In this document: positions 30,038-39,146 of the stretch, piece by piece
Numbering within the stretch: the stretch's first letter is position 1
How the letters are laid out: each line of letters opens with the position of its first letter
Virus record (IMG/VR): IMGVR_UViG_3300013121_000037
Location: 48,345-112,344 of that record
DNA from: a virus
Lineage: Duplodnaviria; Caudoviricetes
DNA length: 64,000 nucleotides
Strand: one strand, 5' to 3'
The notes under the pieces: generated by a model
What the model was told of the DNA's origin: nothing
The model's input: only the letters and a program-made list of their open reading frames with translations
Database searches by the model: none
Made by a program: the position numbers and the translations under genes

Positions 30038-31146
30038 GAGCGATTGGTGGCCTGGTGGTAGGCTTTTTCGTGGAGCCAACCACGCCCATTGAGGGAACCA
30101 ACTCCCAGGCGGCAGGTGGTGCAACATTTGTTCCGCACCAGTCCGGTTCCTGTGCATTCCGGACAGACCGCGTAGGGCTTGATATGCTTCAAATTCTGGA
30201 AGATCCTCTGTGACTCGTGAACCTGTTCCTGCAACTTCGGTTCGTTCAGCACGGTCAATTCGTTGAAAATGGCCGTCAGTTGCTTCGCCAACTGCGCGGC
30301 CTGTTCAATCTTCTCCCGGGTCGCAAAAACCTCATGCAACTCCAGCGGAACCACAAAATTGAGTTCATCATGCACCACTGGCGCCACGACTGGTTCATCG
30401 CCCGTGGGCAGGGCATCGAATTCCTTCTTGACCGTGCGCACCGTGTTGCGTGAACAGCCGATCTTCTCGGCAATGTGGGTCAGGTTCGGCTCCTCGTCGC
30501 CACAGGCCGCCAGTTCCTGCAGGATGGCCTGCCGCTGCACCTCCCGATCCGCTGGCGAGGTGTGCTTGTCCCCCCGCCGCCGCGTCGGGGTCACGATGAT
30601 CGGTGTATCCGCCTGCCCATTGCTGCTGGTGGGCGTGGTTTGGTCAGGACGTGGTTGGAGCAGTGTTTTCTGGACAACCTGGCCAGTCTTGCGCCGCTCG
30701 ATGGCCTTGTCGGCATAGAAGCGGGTACAACCGGCGCGGGCCATCAGGGCCGCGGAGTTGAGGTCCGGCCAGCGGGCCAGCACCTTGTCAACCAGGGCAT
30801 GCCAGTCAGTGGGGGTGTGCTTGCGCCCGTGCTGGTTGTGGGCGTTAATCGCCAGGCACATCTGCAGCGATTCATCCACCGAACTGGTAAACACCTCCTT
30901 GAGGGGCAAATCTTCCGGGTTCAGTTCCAGTTCCTGCCACAGCAGAAGGCGATTGATGCCGTCAATCACAATGCCGCGCTGGTCGTGAATGATGGGTTTT
31001 TCAAACCCGTCCGCCAGCACGCTTTCACGCATGTCCTCCTTCTCCTCCGACGTCCAAAGACGAAAGAACCCGGCAAAATCGAGTAACAGATCCCGATCCC
31101 CCACCAGAATGCTGGCCGGGGTTGTTGTCACTGCGGCAGTCGTCAT
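30034..31146 (-). CDS. ParB-like N-terminal domain protein with HTH and Zn ribbon
   Basis: GFEKPII...IDGINR; IAEKIGCSRNTV; CPECTGTG. Confidence 0.65.
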   Translation of the reverse strand: MTTAAVTTTPASILVGDRDLLLDFAGFFRLWTSEEKEDMRESVLADGFEKPIIHDQRGIVIDGINRLLLWQELELNPEDLPLKEVFTSSVDESLQMCLAINAHNQHGRKHTPTDWHALVDKVLARWPDLNSAALMARAGCTRFYADKAIERRKTGQVVQKTLLQPRPDQTTPTSSNGQADTPIIVTPTRRRGDKHTSPADREVQRQAILQELAACGDEEPNLTHIAEKIGCSRNTVRTVKKEFDALPTGDEPVVAPVVHDELNFVVPLELHEVFATREKIEQAAQLAKQLTAIFNELTVLNEPKLQEQVHESQRIFQNLKHIKPYAVCPECTGTGLVRNKCCTTCRLGVGSLNGRGWLHEKAYHQATNRS

Positions 31147-31175
31147 GAGTGTCAATCCTTGCAACGGGTAATAAA

Positions 31176-32141
31176 TCAGGTGCGGATGGTTCGTGCCGCA
31201 TCCTCGGTTTTCTTCGCGTTCTCCTCGCTGGCCCAGACAAACTTGCCAATGGTTTCCAGCGCCAGTTGTACCGTTTTCGTGTCCCAGTCCTTGACTGGAC
31301 GTTTTTCGTTGCAACGGTCCTGGGCCAGCGTCGTGATAAGGCGAATCAGTTCTCCCGCCTTGGCCAGCGGCACAGGCCGATTCTTGGTCGGCGTGGCCAG
31401 ATACTGGTCATACCAGGGCAAGAATTCCGCGAAGGTGGCTCCAGAATGGGGCCGCAGTGGCGAGCCTTCCTGGGTGATGGCAGTCTCCACCTCTCCATAG
31501 CGGTCGGCAGGAATTTCCAGCAACCGCTGCACGCCAAAGACGCGAGTCAGCGCTGCCATCGTTACCCCGTTGGCCAACATCAGTTTCCACAACTCCATCG
31601 CCTGATCCGCATTGATAACTTTGGGCGCTGGCGGTTCTGCTGCTGGACTGGGTTGGTGATTGCCAGTGTTACCACTCTGAGCGGGCAACGCCCATGCGGG
31701 CAGTTTCGGTGTGCTGGTAAACCGCTTCTTCTGCGGGTCATAGTCCACCCACTGGTGCGGCAAGCGGTACAGGTAGCGTCCCAGACCAAACTTGATGGCA
31801 ACCCGTTTGAGTGAGTCGGAAAAAGCTGCCTTGAGCCGGTCCCCCTCGTCGGGTTGTTCGCTGGGGGAACCCACATCCTGCTTGGTGATCCAGACACCGT
31901 TAATGCAAATGGACAACCGGCAAACCACACTACCTTCCGGCAATGGTTTGTACCGATCACACCACCCCTCCACACCCAGCACATCGTCCAGGCGGTCCTC
32001 TATCACGCGGGCGTCCACATACGCGACGGCCAAAGCCCGGTTGCCGTTGGTGGCCTGCGGTTTCCATTTGATCTCGCTGGGGTCAAATGGTGCCGCCAAT
32101 GCTTCCTGAATCGCACGCGCCGACAATGGTTGCTCACTCAT
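31176..32141 (-). CDS. Rad52/Rad22-family single-strand annealing protein
   Basis: LAAPF...YVDAR...RLDDVLG...W; KAAFSDSLKRVAIKFGLGRYLY. Confidence 0.88.
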   Translation of the reverse strand: MSEQPLSARAIQEALAAPFDPSEIKWKPQATNGNRALAVAYVDARVIEDRLDDVLGVEGWCDRYKPLPEGSVVCRLSICINGVWITKQDVGSPSEQPDEGDRLKAAFSDSLKRVAIKFGLGRYLYRLPHQWVDYDPQKKRFTSTPKLPAWALPAQSGNTGNHQPSPAAEPPAPKVINADQAMELWKLMLANGVTMAALTRVFGVQRLLEIPADRYGEVETAITQEGSPLRPHSGATFAEFLPWYDQYLATPTKNRPVPLAKAGELIRLITTLAQDRCNEKRPVKDWDTKTVQLALETIGKFVWASEENAKKTEDAARTIRT

Positions 32142-32366
32142 GTGTACCTCACCCTGTTTAGCAAACCAGTCACTGCGCAAAAGTAGACTGTCGAGTTTTG
32201 CGCACCTGACCCTGTTCCAGTTGCAGACCGTGGAACAAACCGCGTTTGCAACATTCGTTCCAGACAGCGTCATAATCCGGGCGCACCCGTGGATTACGCT
32301 TCACTTCAATTGCCATCTCTTCCAGATGCTCGAATAGTTGCTCGTTATCGAGTATTTGCAAATCCA

Positions 32367-32762
32367 TCACGAAAGGTCGGGAGGCACATCGCGGTCGTCC
32401 CATAATGGTTGTCCTTCCTGCTGTCTGGCAATTAACACTGCCAATCTCTGAATACTGCCCGGCAAGGCGCTGGTAGGTCCGCTACCTGACTGACCAGAAA
32501 GTTCCCAGGCCAGATCAGCACGGAGCAGCGCCGAGTCCGCGGCGCTCTGGCCACTGGCCCGCAAACGCAACGCAATTAAACACGCCTTGCACTTTTTCTC
32601 CCGGGACTGACGCGGCAACTCCGCGCCACAGCGGTCACAGTGCCGCCGTGGTGGTGGGATGGGTCGGCCATAACGGCAGCGCCGGCAGGTGCCGCCCGTC
32701 TTCTCCTGCACCCGCACCTGGCACTGCACACAGCGCGGTTGAGTTACCACGGTCTGCGTCAT
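32367..32762 (-). CDS. Zn-finger protein (C-terminus similar to 6921..7214)
   Basis: Several CxxC motifs; PTSALPGS motif. Confidence 0.5.
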   Translation of the reverse strand: MTQTVVTQPRCVQCQVRVQEKTGGTCRRCRYGRPIPPPRRHCDRCGAELPRQSREKKCKACLIALRLRASGQSAADSALLRADLAWELSGQSGSGPTSALPGSIQRLAVLIARQQEGQPLWDDRDVPPDLS

Positions 32763-33115
32763 CAGCGCTGCTCCAGTTCTGCTGCCACCGCATCCCGTAA
32801 CTTTGGCACGGCCACCACCCGCTCGGCGTAATCCCAGAAGTCCAGAAAACATCGCAGGTCCGGGTGCTCATCCAGGTAGGCAGCGAACAACCGTTCGCCC
32901 TCGGCCACGGACCCCTCCAGACCACCGTTGAGGCAATAGGCCACCGGGCAGCAATGCGTGGCCAAGTGGCCCCAGTACGCCTTGAATGGCGGTGGTGATA
33001 CTGTGGCACCCTGCAAAATGTGTTCGGAGTCGTTGTCCAGTTCACGCAGCAAACTCTGGAGCACTTGGGTGCTGGTCTGCTGCATCACCTGCTGCCAGGA
33101 GTTTTTCCAGGTCAT
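32762..33115 (-). CDS. hypothetical protein
   Basis: Translationally coupled on both sides. Confidence 0.55.
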   Translation of the reverse strand: MTWKNSWQQVMQQTSTQVLQSLLRELDNDSEHILQGATVSPPPFKAYWGHLATHCCPVAYCLNGGLEGSVAEGERLFAAYLDEHPDLRCFLDFWDYAERVVAVPKLRDAVAAELEQR

Positions 33116-33285
33116 TGCTTGTCCCCCAGCAACTCCTGCCGCAGGATCACCACCTCGGGCGGCGCCGTGACACCCAACCGCACCTTGTCCCGGTAAATGT
33201 CCACCACCTTGATTTCCACCAACTTGCCATCGGATAACTGGATGACAATTCCCTCACCACCCAGCTTGCGTGAAAGTACCAGCAT
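33112..33285 (-). CDS. csrA: CsrA/RsmA family translational regulator (57 aa; absent from the ORF track)
   Basis: Hand translation MLVLSRKLGGEGIVIQLSDGKLVEIKVVDIYRDKVRLGVTAPPEVVILRQELLGDKQ; GGAGG RBS. Confidence 0.88.
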   Translation of the reverse strand: MLVLSRKLGGEGIVIQLSDGKLVEIKVVDIYRDKVRLGVTAPPEVVILRQELLGDKQ

Positions 33286-34036
33286 GTAAAAACCTCCCTG
33301 TATGGGCGACGAATTAACAATTCTGGCTCACCGGGACTTGCACCCAGCGATACACTGCCTGATCTGGTGAAATGACAAAAAGCCCAGACTGGCAGCACAC
33401 CAGAGTTTTTTCACAATTCCCACAATTCCCCTGTGTGAAAGATGAGGCGGGAACTGGCTTCCCATTCAGCACCAACACCACGGCACCACAATGTAGTTCC
33501 CGCCTCATGCGCTCGCGTTGACTCAGGTCACCGGCTGCGGATTGGTCCGCAGTTCCCAGGAGATATTCGCCAGGTGCGTCTTGGTACCCGACAGGCAAAT
33601 CATGATATTTTCCAACTCACGCCGAATGGTGCTGGCGTACTCGTAGGTAACGCTATCCGCAGTCTTCACGCTGGTGATGGAGTGAAACGCCTGCAGGGCG
33701 GCACTGTTGATCTTCTCCACCTCGACGCGAATCCCCTCCAGGTCCGCGTGCAACCGGTCACCTCGTTCGTCCTTGCTCATGGCATGGTTTCCTCGCAGGA
33801 GTTTCCCACTCTGCACCATATGCTGGTCCCGCTTCAATCTGCCGACTGCTGCTGACACAGGACTTCGATCTCGGCCAGTGAATCGTCAACCGCCGTCCAG
33901 TTACGTTCACAGAGCGCCCAGCGGGCACGCTCCACCAGTTTCCTGATCTGGGTTAGTACCTCGGGGCGCACTGCGGAACCTGCCGCCAGTGGCGGTTGTT
34001 GCTCATTGGTCATGTTGGTTATCTCTTTTTCCCGGT

Positions 34037-34071
34037 ACTGGGCAAAACTCGACTGTCTACTTTTGCGCAGT
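34037..34071. repeat. 35-bp palindrome at the downstream boundary of the RAMP module
   Basis: ACTGGGCAAAA CTCGAC T GTCTAC TTTTGCGCAGT. Confidence 0.95.
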
Positions 34072-34082
34072 GGTAGAAAATA

Positions 34083-34222
34083 AACCCTGCCCTGCCGTGC
34101 CCAGCCGCGCCCAACCCAGCGATGCCGAACCTCGCCCGACCTCGCCTTGCTACGCCCGCCCAGCTTTGCCGAGCCAGGCCTCACCCTGCCGAGCCAGGCC
34201 TCACCTAGCCCAACCCGACCGT
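34083..34222 (-). repeat. GGY-NN pentamer array 2 (about 27 units, 2 segments); putative guide-like ncRNA
   Basis: Minus strand GGT-CG GGT-TG GGC-TA GGT-GA GGC-CT GGC-TC GGC-AG..., with one 4-nt GGCG phase break. Confidence 0.9.
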
Positions 34223-34232
34223 GACACGCTAA

Positions 34233-34745
34233 TTAAGAACTCTTTTCTTCCAACTGATCCACGCGACTGGACAGGTTATCCAGAATGCGAGTGATTCCCG
34301 CTTGCTGGCGTGACAATCGCCGGGTCACCTCATACAGTTGGTTGTTGATTGTGGTCTGTGCGACATGGATAACACGCTCCTGTTCTGTCATCTCGTCCAG
34401 GCGTGCATTCTCCATCGTTTCCAGCGCCCATTTCATCTGCCGGTTGCCGCGCCGAGTCCTACTGTCAGCCAGTTCGCTGTGCTCGTTGGCTCTGGCCATC
34501 TTGTACCCGACATTGCGGATGTTGCGCAGCACGCGCTTGTGCTCACGTAACAAGCGGTGATTGGCGAGGGCAACCGATTGCTGCACCTCACGCTTGCTGT
34601 AACAGTGGTCGGTATTCTTCGACAACGCCACTGACAACTCATCGTAGGTGAACACCGTTCCCGGCACCGCTTCCTTCACCAGATCAATCAGCACGGTCGT
34701 GTTGCTCTGACCAGTATCGCGACCGATTTTGAATGTTGTTGCCAT
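34233..34745 (-). CDS. accessory protein of the RAMP/pentamer module, possible winged helix plus coiled coil
   Basis: Lies between the two arrays; FTYDEL...LRNIRNVGYK. Confidence 0.65.
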   Translation of the reverse strand: MATTFKIGRDTGQSNTTVLIDLVKEAVPGTVFTYDELSVALSKNTDHCYSKREVQQSVALANHRLLREHKRVLRNIRNVGYKMARANEHSELADSRTRRGNRQMKWALETMENARLDEMTEQERVIHVAQTTINNQLYEVTRRLSRQQAGITRILDNLSSRVDQLEEKSS

Positions 34746-34766
34746 AATCCACATCCTTTCCTGTTG

Positions 34767-34801
34767 AAAACCAGTGAGTAGAGCGTTGCTCTACTCACTG
34801 G
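34767..34801 (-). terminator. 14-bp perfect hairpin plus T-tract closing pentamer array 1
   Basis: CCAGTGAGTAGAGC-AAC-GCTCTACTCACTGG-TTTT on the minus strand. Confidence 0.7.
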
Positions 34802-34819
34802 CGTCTAAACATGCAGACT

Positions 34820-35120
34820 TTGCCTAGCCTTGCCCCGCCCTGCCTCGCCCGGCCGTGCAGCGCCGAACTCTGCCGTGCCCGGTCGTGCCTGCCCTGCCAA
34901 GTCCCGCCGTGCCCGACCTAGCACTGCCCCGCTTTACCCCGCCGAGCCTGCCTCGCCCTGCCTCGCCCTGCCGAACCCGGCCTTGCCTGCCCTGCCGCGC
35001 CACACCGGGGCTGGCCGGGCCTCGCCCGGCAGCGCCTATCCTGGCCCAGTCGTGCCTGCCCTGCTGCGCCGCGCCGCGCCTAGCATCGCCAAGCCCTGCC
35101 GAACCGGACCTAACTACGCC
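34820..35120 (-). repeat. GGY-NN pentamer array 1 (about 57 units, 5 segments); putative guide-like ncRNA
   Basis: Strict 5-nt period: near-invariant GGC/GGT plus a variable dinucleotide; segments split by 4-nt GGCA; starts at the RAMP stop codon. Confidence 0.92.
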
Positions 35121-35803
35121 TGCTGTTCCATTTGCTCAAAAAACTCTCTTACATCCGCGATGGAATTGCCGATGGTGGCGTCACTGTCTCTGGTCTTTCT
35201 GACGTGGCCACGGAAAGCACCGTAACCGTTGACGCGGTTGTCGCCGATCCTCTCGGTCTGTCCGGCCAATTCGACGATTTTCACCAGTTCATCGAAATCA
35301 AGTCCAGCGTCTGGGATGAATACCGCTGGAACCACCAATGCCCACGGAAAGAACTGCGGTCGAACACGCATCACCCGCTTGCCACGGATGCCAACTGACA
35401 GGCGCGAAGCAAATGCTGGATTGGCCATCAACCGCGCGATTTCGTCGTCCAGATTATTCACCTTGTCGCTTCCGTCGTAGATGAGAGCAACGTCCTGCTT
35501 GGTCATCAACAACGCTCGCTCAACTTGCTTGCCGAGTTTGTTGATTTTGCCAGTGTTTATCAAGCACTTGCGAACCTTGCTGCACGGTTGGCTAACAACA
35601 ATGCCATTGCCGTTGACAGATGCCGTGTAAATGCCACCCAACCACTCCAACCGTTCGATCTGCTTCAGGTCGTCATCGGTCTTCTTTTTCTTCGAGGTGA
35701 ACAACTTGATCTGCCGATTCACCTCATATTCAGGGTCTACCATTCGCGGGTTGTGGCAGAGCAACGGTGACTTCCCCAACAAAACAAACTCGATGTTGAC
35801 CAT
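35114..35803 (-). CDS. stand-alone RAMP / Cas7-like RNA-binding protein
   Basis: N-terminal strand plus SPLL(C)H; PCSKVRKCL resembling the RAMP PGSxhKGxhR motif; C-terminal G-rich loop IGDNRVNGYGAF. Confidence 0.75.
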   Translation of the reverse strand: MVNIEFVLLGKSPLLCHNPRMVDPEYEVNRQIKLFTSKKKKTDDDLKQIERLEWLGGIYTASVNGNGIVVSQPCSKVRKCLINTGKINKLGKQVERALLMTKQDVALIYDGSDKVNNLDDEIARLMANPAFASRLSVGIRGKRVMRVRPQFFPWALVVPAVFIPDAGLDFDELVKIVELAGQTERIGDNRVNGYGAFRGHVRKTRDSDATIGNSIADVREFFEQMEQQA

Positions 35804-35833
35804 GCTTAATTCCTCGTATTGTGTTGGTGGTTC

Positions 35834-35868
35834 ACTGGTCAAAACTCGACTGTCTACTTTTGCGCAGT
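35834..35868. repeat. 35-bp palindrome at the upstream boundary of the RAMP module
   Basis: ACTGGTCAAAA CTCGAC T GTCTAC TTTTGCGCAGT. Confidence 0.95.
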
Positions 35869-36148
35869 GGGTAAAAAAAACGGCAGTGATGGGTGTGCAA
35901 CAACAAGTCGCACGCTAACAGGTGGTGCAACGAACCTCAGAATCACCACCACTGCCGTTGTTCTCAACGTGGCCTGCTGTTGTGCCCCACATGCCACTGC
36001 TGGCAATGTGGACACTGGTAGCAGTGCATGTGCCGGATACCGTCACTGTTGCGGTTGATAAGTCCCAGCAAATGTCGCTGGGCGCTCGCCTGATTGGCAT
36101 GGGCGATCTTGCCGGTGCGGGTACACTTCGGCAGGGTGCGCAGGGTCA

Positions 36149-36796
36149 TCATGACTTCACCTCGCTCTTGCGGCCCCGCTTGCCACGCCCTTCCTCCAGC
36201 AACTGCCGCAGGATGTTGACCAGTTGCTCTGGCAGTGGCGGTTCACTGACCGCCACCGCGGGCGGTTCTGGCTGGGGTGGTGTCACCTGCGCCTGGATGA
36301 GTGCTTCCATCTTCTGGTGCTTATCGCTGGCATCCGCCAGAGCTTCATCCAGAAAGTTGGTGTAAAAGCACCCGGGCGAACTGGTACGCCAGATATTGGC
36401 ATACCAGGGCACTCCAGAGGCGCAAGGCAGCGGTTCCTGCAACTCGGGCACCTGAAAGCGAGCGTTGACCCGGCCATAGATTTGCAGGGCCTGCCAGGGT
36501 TTCGTGTCATCGGCCTGCTGCGCCATGGTGACGTAAATGGGCGCACACTCTGGAAATTGCAGGGCAATCTCCGTGCGCTGGGAATACGCTTCAAACGTCT
36601 GGCTTCGGGGCAACGACTCCAGAAACTTCTCCAGTGGGCCAAGCAAGGTCTGTAAGCCCGCCAGCACACGCTCCCAGCGGCGATTGAGCACGCCTTCGCG
36701 GCTGGCAATCTCCGCCTGCTTCTTCGCTGCTTCGGCCTTGCGCACCTCGTTGAGTTTGATTCGTCCCGAGGCAATTGCTTCCTGTAACGCAGTCAT
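36149..36796 (-). CDS. hypothetical protein
   Basis: GGAGG RBS; 215-aa ORF. Confidence 0.55.
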   Translation of the reverse strand: MTALQEAIASGRIKLNEVRKAEAAKKQAEIASREGVLNRRWERVLAGLQTLLGPLEKFLESLPRSQTFEAYSQRTEIALQFPECAPIYVTMAQQADDTKPWQALQIYGRVNARFQVPELQEPLPCASGVPWYANIWRTSSPGCFYTNFLDEALADASDKHQKMEALIQAQVTPPQPEPPAVAVSEPPLPEQLVNILRQLLEEGRGKRGRKSEVKS

Positions 36797-37518
36797 GTCT
36801 TTTCCTCCGTTCTCCGTTAGTGGTTCAGGTTCCCTGCTCCAGTTGCCGCACCTCAGCGCTGGGCAGACCGTAGGTGATGCCACGCTTCGCTTCCAGTTCG
36901 AGCGCGGCATCCACAATCTTCTGGGCGCGTTCCGCCACCCCTTCCGCGTTGATGGCGTAGGTGGCCAGTCCACCAAGCACATGGGCCAGCAGCAGCAGTC
37001 GCGGTGGCGGATACTCCTGGTGCGGTTCAGACAACCGCTGCACACAACCGTTGTTGTCCAGGACAGGTTGACTCATGGGTTCCTCCTCGTGTTGCTGGTC
37101 ACTGCGCAAAAGTAAACAGTCGCATTTTGCGCAGCGACCTACTCCTGAAGCAGCGCCAGTGCCTGCCGAAACACCGACAGAAACTCACTGCGCTCGCAGA
37201 ACAGCAGACCGCTGGCCAGAAACTGGCACTGCACCACATCGCCTGCCGGTGACTCCAGTACCATCCCGGCCAGCACCGGCACGCCATTGCACTCACCATG
37301 CAACCAGTTCCAGGTCCACAATTCGCCGCCAATGGACAGCACCCCAGAGCAGTCGTTGCTGTCCTCTGGCTGTACGAACCAGTGAACCGCCTCAGTGCGC
37401 ACCGGTAGCGTGGACAGCGACATCGTTGCTCCTTGTGCTGCTGGTAAAGCAGCGACTGGTGTTGAACGGTCAAGTTTCCAGGTCGTTCCCGGCAGGCATG
37501 GCTTGACTTCAAGTCTCA

Positions 37519-37556
37519 GGTAACCGAATAATACGGTTACTGGTTACTGGTGTCAA
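37519..37556 (-). promoter_or_regulatory. strong sigma70 promoter overlaid with GTAACC direct and inverted repeats (operator)
   Basis: TTGACA-17 bp-TATTAT; GTAACC twice in the spacer plus an inverted GGTTAC after the -10. Confidence 0.75.
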
Positions 37557-37697
37557 TACTCAGCAGAGAAAAACTTGCTGATTATCAACCGAATAAGTAG
37601 ATGAGGAAGTCAATTGACTTTACAACTTTCACCTGTTCTCATGGAATCGGCGGCAATGAAATCTGAAGTAAAACCTCCTGTTAGTGCCGATACCACG

Positions 37698-37916
37698 ATG
37701 GCCAAGAAAAAAACCAAGCAGGAAGAACAGGACAGCAAGGATGCCAAGAACCTTGCCATCAAGGTCGAAGCACGCATTGTTCGGCAACTGCGCATCATTT
37801 GCGATCATCGCGGCATCGACATCGTTGACTACGCCAGCGATTTGCTACGGGTGCCAGTGGCCACTGCGTATCGCATCGTGGCCGATGAAATCCGCGACGA
37901 TGCTAACAAGGACTGA
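37698..37916 (+). CDS. small divergently transcribed ribbon-helix-helix-like repressor
   Basis: Strand NLAIKVE followed by two helices; divergent from the main leftward promoter. Confidence 0.55.
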   Translation: MAKKKTKQEEQDSKDAKNLAIKVEARIVRQLRIICDHRGIDIVDYASDLLRVPVATAYRIVADEIRDDANKD

Positions 37917-38000
37917 CCTACCCTGCACTCAATTGTAAATTCGTGGTGGGAATCTTACGCACCGAACCCGGTACACGTCAGTCTGTACCTGTCGGTCTGT

Positions 38001-38423
38001 TCAGATGTTTTCTGCTGTACTGTCGGGCGTGGCCCCAGTCTGCTGGTTACCAGACCCACCAGACCACTCGGGTAAACCGTACCCCTGCGGACGGGCATTG
38101 GGGTCATTGGTCAGGGTGCCATCGCGCACCATCTCGGCCAGTTTCGCCTTGACCGTGCTTTCTCCCCATGTCATATATCTTTTGTCAAGAGCATTCAGTA
38201 TCTGCGATGTGGTCAGACGATGACCTGCAGATCGCAGGACCGAGATAATGTCCTGGCGGCAGGTACTGGCGTCGTGCCGCACCGGTGGCGGTGCGGCTGG
38301 GAGCGTGACCTGAAAGGCACCACCGTGCAACAGGCGCACCTCGATGGTGACCTCATCCTCCACGCTGTCCAGAAACGTATGCAGACTGGCCAGCAGAGCT
38401 TTTCTGTCAGGTCCAGGTGGCAA
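38001..38423 (-). CDS. winged-helix-like protein
   Basis: LTTSQILNAL...ESTVKAKLAEMVRDGTL. Confidence 0.5.
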   Translation of the reverse strand: MPPGPDRKALLASLHTFLDSVEDEVTIEVRLLHGGAFQVTLPAAPPPVRHDASTCRQDIISVLRSAGHRLTTSQILNALDKRYMTWGESTVKAKLAEMVRDGTLTNDPNARPQGYGLPEWSGGSGNQQTGATPDSTAENI

Positions 38424-38785
38424 AGGCGCACCACAGGCGAGTCAACCAGATGGTTGACAGATTCTGGTGAGTAGTCCTGCCCGGTCATGGAGAACCAGGC
38501 ACCTGAAAATCAGGCAGCGTCCTGATGCACAGAGCGTGCCAGAACTGTGAATTCTCCAGGTGGAGGCGCTGGCGGAACCGAAGTGCGAAACAGCGGCAAG
38601 GTCGCGTTGCCCACCTGCAACCACCCAGCCAGGTGCAGGGACGGGAACTCACGCAGCAGGTTTTCCGCCAGTGCGGTAGATGACATGGTGTTCATGGGAG
38701 TTTTCTCCTCGCTGGGACAGCATACGCTATTTTAGTGTACGTTGGTACATTAGCAAGAGAAAACCTGTACCAGTCAGCGCAAAGA

Positions 38786-38813
38786 AAAACCCGCTGCACC
38801 AGCAGCGGGTTTT
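38786..38813. terminator. bidirectional intrinsic terminator
   Basis: AAAACCCGCTGC-ACCA-GCAGCGGGTTTT. Confidence 0.65.
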
Positions 38814-39146
38814 CAGGTTGGTGCTGGTCAAAACTCGACTGTCTACTTTTGACCAGCAAGCGAAGTTGTCGTTGTGGGGTCAGAAGCGGATGCTGAACTC
38901 CCGCGCGAGGGCGGTGGCCTCGGCGCGGGTCAGGTGGCCGCTGCTGGACGAATCGGGAGTGGCATTCCACCAGCTTCCGCTCGTCCAGCGGGCGAACCAG
39001 AACAGTTGCCGCCCACCGCCACCATCGACGGTGATCTGGCCGGGTTCCCGCCGATTTTCACGGAGCCATTCCCGGGCGCGGTTGACGGCATCCTGGCCGG
39101 TCTGCTGCTGCCAAAATTCGTTGGCCGTTTGCGCTGGCATGGTCTA

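Noticed and set aside
34850-34890. Concatenated NN string of segment 5 contains CGACAGTCGCA, identical to the core of palindrome 10568
   Set aside because: An 11-nt match found after the fact among many possible registers is plausibly chance, and the flanking dinucleotides do not extend it.
33834-35225. ORFs 33834..34184, 33989..34294, 34830..35225 and 34855..35202 as proteins
   Set aside because: They are low-complexity Pro/Ala/Arg/Gly translations produced by the stop-poor pentamer arrays; a 5-nt period does not fit codon structure.
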